Positions 59,962-64,000 of a stretch of 64,000 nucleotides of DNA are shown piece by piece. The DNA is from Candidatus Geocrenenecus huangii (GTDB lineage: Archaea; Thermoproteota; Nitrososphaeria_A; Caldarchaeales; Wolframiiraptoraceae). The stretch lies in assembly GCA_023254095.1 (NCBI GenBank), contig JALNLM010000003.1, positions 5,477 to 69,476 of the forward strand, read 5' to 3'. Position numbers and translations under genes: made by a program. The notes under the pieces are model-generated. The model searched no databases. It was not told where the DNA came from and was given only the letters and a program-made list of their open reading frames with translations. Positions within the stretch are counted from its first letter, which is position 1; each line of letters starts with the position of its first letter.

Positions 59962-61134
59962 TCAGATATCTTCAGAGAATACCCAGAGACCTCTATTGAT
60001 GACTAAGTCTTCTAGGATCCTCCTCGCAAGTGTTTCATCTATGTTCAAGATTAGTGCGTTAAGATGTTTACAGAGGCTCCGCGAAGCCTTGAGCTTAGAC
60101 CAATCAGCACAATCATGGATTATGATACGTTTCTCTAAATCTATTATGACGTTGTAGTATTTCACTCTTGCTGATAGATATTGTTCGGTTGCTTCTCTAA
60201 CTTCAATTAAGCTTTTCGATATTTCTTTAGCTCTCTTTAATCTCGTCTTGTCCGTCAGCATAGCCAGCAATCCTTCTATATTCTCTGGAAGATTCTCTGG
60301 AGGAGTGTAGAGTGTAATGTCTGTACGCTGTATTTTTGCTTCTATAAGGTTCTTTTCTACTTCTTCTAGAATCTTTCTCTGCGTAGGCGTGATTATCCCC
60401 AAGATCTCTAGGACTTGAAGTGCATTATGAACAGCGTAGCCCTTAAAGTGATTATTAAAGTATCCATACACTTTCTTAACCTTACCTTTTATCTCCATGA
60501 TTCTCGTCTTCCACTCATACAATTCAGCTATATCATAGTGATAGTAGTACCACGGGTTTCTACCTCTCCCATGCCACCTGATATACGCAAAATCCGTTGT
60601 TACATATGTATTGGGTGGGAGAAGTGGTTCATCTACTATGGTATATGCTAATTCATATTTTGAGAGTAGATTCAGGACGCCCTCCCTCATCCACGAAGTA
60701 TCTCTAAACTCTACAGCGTACCGGTATTCTCCAACTGTAAGCTCTAAGAACTGTTTAAATACGTCGTAGTGTTTTTCATAACTATAGCTTGGAGGAAGCT
60801 GAATAAGTAGGCTGGCCAACCTACCGGCTTTAAGGAGAGGCTGCATCAACTCTAAAAACCTATCTAGGTCTTTCTCTACGCCTTTTGAAACATCAAGCTT
60901 CTTCTCATGAGTTATAATCGAGGGTAATTTTGCTGTAAACAGGAAGTCTTCAGGGGTGATGTTCAGCAATCCTTTAACTAGGCTTGGAGAAGGATATGTG
61001 TAGAAAGTTGAATCTATCTCAACCGTGCTGAAAACAGTAGAGTACTTTTTCAATTTATGTTCTCCCGTTTTGTAGAATATGTTCTCCCAATCCGTGTAGC
61101 TCCAGCCACTCGTCCCAATATAGATCCTCGACAA
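59962..61134 (-). CDS. DUF72 (YecE-like TIM barrel) fused to a C-terminal SWIM-like zinc finger
   Basis: IYIGTSGWSYTDW..VEIDSTFY..ITHEKKL..YFNNHFKGYAVHNA, then an extension of about 130 aa ending YNVIIDL..IIHDCADW-x10-LCKHLNALIL. Confidence 0.8.
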   Translation of the reverse strand: MSRIYIGTSGWSYTDWENIFYKTGEHKLKKYSTVFSTVEIDSTFYTYPSPSLVKGLLNITPEDFLFTAKLPSIITHEKKLDVSKGVEKDLDRFLELMQPLLKAGRLASLLIQLPPSYSYEKHYDVFKQFLELTVGEYRYAVEFRDTSWMREGVLNLLSKYELAYTIVDEPLLPPNTYVTTDFAYIRWHGRGRNPWYYYHYDIAELYEWKTRIMEIKGKVKKVYGYFNNHFKGYAVHNALQVLEILGIITPTQRKILEEVEKNLIEAKIQRTDITLYTPPENLPENIEGLLAMLTDKTRLKRAKEISKSLIEVREATEQYLSARVKYYNVIIDLEKRIIIHDCADWSKLKASRSLCKHLNALILNIDETLARRILEDLVINRGLWVFSEDI

Positions 61135-61198
61135 CCTATGATAGAAATGTTGATAACTAGATTATGTAAGTTTCTACTCCATCTAGTCTGAATCATAT

Positions 61199-61214
61199 AG
61201 ATGTAACTACATCT
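61199..61214. repeat. 16-nt palindrome in the divergent DUF72 promoter region
   Basis: AGATGTA-AC-TACATCT lies 65 nt from one start codon and 89 nt from the other. Confidence 0.4.
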
Positions 61215-61302
61215 GCAATGCCAATGTTATACTCTCTGATTATTCCATGGCCTAACATGTGAACTTCTTAAAATAAGGTTCACTACATGATATTAGTAGG
61301 AG

Positions 61303-62235
61303 ATGTCTTCAGGCCGCATAGTTGTTGGATGTGGTGGATGGAGCTACTTCAATTTACTGGATGAAGATCCATTGAGAGCATATTCCCTCGCATTCCGGTT
61401 CGTAGAGATCAATTCAACCTTCTACACATTACCAGCCCACGAGGTCGTTAAATCGTGGAGAAAGCGTGTCCCCGCAGATTTCGAGTTTACAGTTAAAGCA
61501 AACAGGATAATCACACATTCAGAAGCATTAAGATCAACAGATAGAACACTGAAGACGCTGGAGAAAATGGTCGAGATATGTGAGGTCCTCAAATCTAGAG
61601 TATTGGTTCTTGAGACACCTAGGAACTTGACGTTATCGTATATTCTCCCGAGTCTGAAAAATATCTTGACAAGAATTGATTTCGGAGATACGAGGCTAGC
61701 TCTAGAGCCTAGGTGTGGATGGTTTAGTGGAGAAGCATCTCTACTAATCGGTTTCCAAGAACTCGAGATAATACCAATAACTGATTACTCTATAGAAGAG
61801 CCACCGTACGATGATGAGGAAATATCCTATAGTAGACTCTTCGGTCTAGGAGAACACAACATATACCAGTTTACAGACCAAGACCTAAAGAGAATAAGGG
61901 AAAGAGCTGAGAAGCGGAGATCCAAAAAGGTTTACCTTAGCTTCCATGGCATACAGATGTACATCGATGCAGCAAGAATGGAGAGATTCTTGAGCAAGAA
62001 CGAGCTACCACCTGTTACGAGTAGCTATGGGGTAGATTCTCTAGCAGAAGTACTTAGGGATGCGAGATTCCCGATTAGTAAGGAAGACTTGGTAAAGAAG
62101 CATGGATGGAAGCTTATAGATATAGATTCGAGGACTCGGGCTCCAGCATCAATCATCCTTAAACAATTAAGGAAAGACAATTACAGAGATCTCGACGAAG
62201 TCTTAACCGAGCTTAGGAAGAGGTTTGAGAGATAA
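61303..62235 (+). CDS. divergent DUF72 paralogue fused to a C-terminal DUF2795-like module
   Basis: VVGCGGWSY..VEINSTFYTLP..ITHSEAL, then LRDARFPISKEDLVKKHGW..LRKDNYRDLDEVL. SD GTAGGAG precedes the ATG. Confidence 0.75.
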   Translation: MSSGRIVVGCGGWSYFNLLDEDPLRAYSLAFRFVEINSTFYTLPAHEVVKSWRKRVPADFEFTVKANRIITHSEALRSTDRTLKTLEKMVEICEVLKSRVLVLETPRNLTLSYILPSLKNILTRIDFGDTRLALEPRCGWFSGEASLLIGFQELEIIPITDYSIEEPPYDDEEISYSRLFGLGEHNIYQFTDQDLKRIRERAEKRRSKKVYLSFHGIQMYIDAARMERFLSKNELPPVTSSYGVDSLAEVLRDARFPISKEDLVKKHGWKLIDIDSRTRAPASIILKQLRKDNYRDLDEVLTELRKRFER

Positions 62236-62419
62236 AGCTCATCAAATTTCTTTGGATAATTTTTCCAATATTTTTAGCAAACTTCATCGTAACACGCTTC
62301 GATGAAAACCCGGATACTGCATGGAGCTACCTGTATCATTTCTTATCATGATCAGCTAGAATAGCTGTATAAAGTAGACTTTTCAGAAAATTTATTATAT
62401 TTATCGTCAACATATTATC

Positions 62420-63109
62420 TTGAAGCATATGGAGGCTCAGGTAGAGAAAGGAGAGGTCAGGTCAGGACTTACCATAGCTGGAGCTTATGCCTACAAGTTG
62501 AGAAAATCTCTATTCGCTCAATTCGCCAATAAAGTCAAGGCTGGAGAATTTAGTAAAGAAGATGTTGCTAGAGCTTCAAGAGAGCTGAATACTTTTCTCT
62601 ACCATATTCTCGTCGAGAGACTGAAGCTGGACAAATTAGATGTAGTTAGGATAAATGTAGGATATGAAGTTCATGGGAGAGAGCTGAGATGGGATTACGA
62701 TAATTTGAGAATAGAAGCGTACAAGAAGATACCTAAAGAGAAAATAGACGAAGCAATAATCGAGGCAGTAAGGCATATGAAAGAAATTATAGAAGGTAGA
62801 TACATTGTAGAAGAAGTTGGTAAATCCATTACAGGAGACAGCCTATACAAGATTAGGCTAGGGGACTTAAATGTGGGTATGCTAGAAGCCATCAGATTGA
62901 ATGATGAAATACTTCTAAAGGGAGCTCTCACATCCCCTGAGCCCCTCATAATAGAAAAAGTGAGGATAGAATTGTATGGGAGAGAGTTTTTAGAAGTATT
63001 ATCAGAAAAGCTGAACGAGATTATCAGCAAGGGTAGGAAGATCTCTAGAGAAGAGGCTGAAGAAACCATCAGAGCATTACTGAGCATCGTCAAAGTACAT
63101 TCCAATTAA
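62420..63109 (+). CDS. hypothetical protein
   Basis: 229 aa, K/E-rich and coding-like. No catalytic motif recognised. Confidence 0.5.
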   Translation: MKHMEAQVEKGEVRSGLTIAGAYAYKLRKSLFAQFANKVKAGEFSKEDVARASRELNTFLYHILVERLKLDKLDVVRINVGYEVHGRELRWDYDNLRIEAYKKIPKEKIDEAIIEAVRHMKEIIEGRYIVEEVGKSITGDSLYKIRLGDLNVGMLEAIRLNDEILLKGALTSPEPLIIEKVRIELYGREFLEVLSEKLNEIISKGRKISREEAEETIRALLSIVKVHSN

Positions 63110-63180
63110 TTGGCCACTATCCAGGTTCTTAGAGAGAATTGAAGCTTATCTGTAGTCGAGCATATTCATGTCTCTCCTCC

Positions 63181-63660
63181 CTACCTCAAGATGTATAGGT
63201 ATATCTTGTGTCGTTTACCGGTTTCGATAGAATTTACTTCGTATATCTCAGCGGGAGTGAGACCAGGAATCCCATAATCATGGCTAACTATTCTCGTATC
63301 CTTCTTCATCTTAACGAATTTTGGATAAAGCTTCTTAAGTACATCGGGTAAGAGGTACAATGTAACTACATCTGCATTCGTGAAGTCATAATTGTACAGG
63401 TCTCCTCTTATCACAGTTACTCTATCTAAACCCATGCTGAGGATCTTCCTCCTAGTCAGTTCAACCAGTCTTGGATTCTTCTCGATGCCTATAGACCAAC
63501 ATTTGTATTTTCTAGAAGCAGACAATAATATTCTACCATCGCCTGACCCGAGATCTACCAGTAACTCATCTGGGGCTGGGCTAGCTATATCTAACATCTT
63601 TTCAACTACATCTTTAGGAGATGGGACGAAGGGTATCAGCCTTCGCCCTACTCTCCCCAT
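63181..63660 (-). CDS. class I SAM-dependent methyltransferase
   Basis: Motif I LVDLGSGDGRIL, followed by GIEKNP. ATG 63660 is preferred; the longer tracked N-terminus looks non-coding. Confidence 0.75.
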   Translation of the reverse strand: MGRVGRRLIPFVPSPKDVVEKMLDIASPAPDELLVDLGSGDGRILLSASRKYKCWSIGIEKNPRLVELTRRKILSMGLDRVTVIRGDLYNYDFTNADVVTLYLLPDVLKKLYPKFVKMKKDTRIVSHDYGIPGLTPAEIYEVNSIETGKRHKIYLYILR

Positions 63661-63760
63661 ACTCTCTACTTTTTTAAGAATAATCACGTAGATAAAAACA
63701 TAAAATATCTTTAGAATTGTATTTATAGATTGGGTGTTACGTATAAGGTAGCGGGGTAAA

Positions 63761-64000
63761 TTGTTCAAGTATCTTGAAGGATGCAGTAGAGTACTTGTTC
63801 TAGGAATTGGGGGAGGTGGAGATATATTCGCTACAATACCTACTAGAAACCTCTTGAAGAAGATGGGTATAGAAGTTTACTTAGGATGCGTTGCCTGGGA
63901 AAGGTTTGTACTAGATCCTAAACCAGGTCCAAGACCCTTAGAGGAACTTGTAAATATTCAAGAACTATCGGAGACCGTGTGTATCGGAGGTCCTGATACA
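63761..64000 (+). CDS. partial ORF running off the window (DUF1152-like)
   Basis: TTG 63761 then VLVLGIGGGGDIFATIP..GCVAWERFVLDPKPGPRP, with no stop before the window end. The family call is from memory. Confidence 0.45.
   Translation, partial: MFKYLEGCSRVLVLGIGGGGDIFATIPTRNLLKKMGIEVYLGCVAWERFVLDPKPGPRPLEELVNIQELSETVCIGGPDT

Noticed and set aside
61201-61217. The 17-nt exact repeat ATGTAACTACATCTGCA also occurs at 63360-63376.
   Set aside because: The second copy lies inside the methyltransferase coding sequence. A single 17-mer match in 64 kb of AT-biased sequence is within chance expectation.
1-64000. A search of the whole window for CRISPR repeats, IS or transposase genes, integrases, toxin-antitoxin pairs and known defence genes.
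   Set aside because: No spaced direct-repeat array, transposase or integrase motif, PIN/VapC or restriction-modification signature was seen. The intergenic gaps are too short (350 nt or less) to hold such elements.

Overview
This is a densely coding, AT-rich archaeal chromosome segment (about 90% coding) whose proteins are rich in K, E and I. The gene content points to a hyperthermophilic member of the Thermoproteota (Crenarchaeota), probably Desulfurococcales-like; that placement is inferred and was not searched. Supporting genes are two family-B DNA polymerases, two TFB paralogues, a short PCNA-type XPF, SUI1, S8e, L37ae, SRP19, Gar1, Trm1, prefoldin beta, SMC-ScpAB and the classic proteasome-SBDS-Rrp4-Rrp41-Rrp42-L37ae-Pcc1 superoperon. 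A branched-chain amino-acid cluster is also present (leuB divergent from leuA-ilvB-ilvN-ilvC), along with an ECF transporter energizing module and many housekeeping genes. I found no rRNA, tRNA, CRISPR array, IS element or integrase, and no canonical defence system. Most of the window is core genome. The items worth a second look are: (1) a CimA/LeuA paralogue whose catalytic N-terminus is encoded upstream of any canonical start codon; (2) a PolB3-type polymerase with all four exonuclease carboxylates replaced; (3) a CysRS with an insertion of about 110 aa and a zinc-ligand Cys-to-Asp change; (4) a ParA/MinD-like protein lacking both Walker-A lysines, next to a tandem-wHTH regulator; (5) a head-to-head pair of DUF72 paralogues fused to a SWIM-like and a DUF2795-like module respectively; (6) a DHH/DHHA1 phosphoesterase translationally coupled to the ECF ATPases; (7) a probable TFE-beta (wHTH plus 4-Cys) next to a TFB paralogue. 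All functional calls rest on motif recognition by eye. No database search was run.
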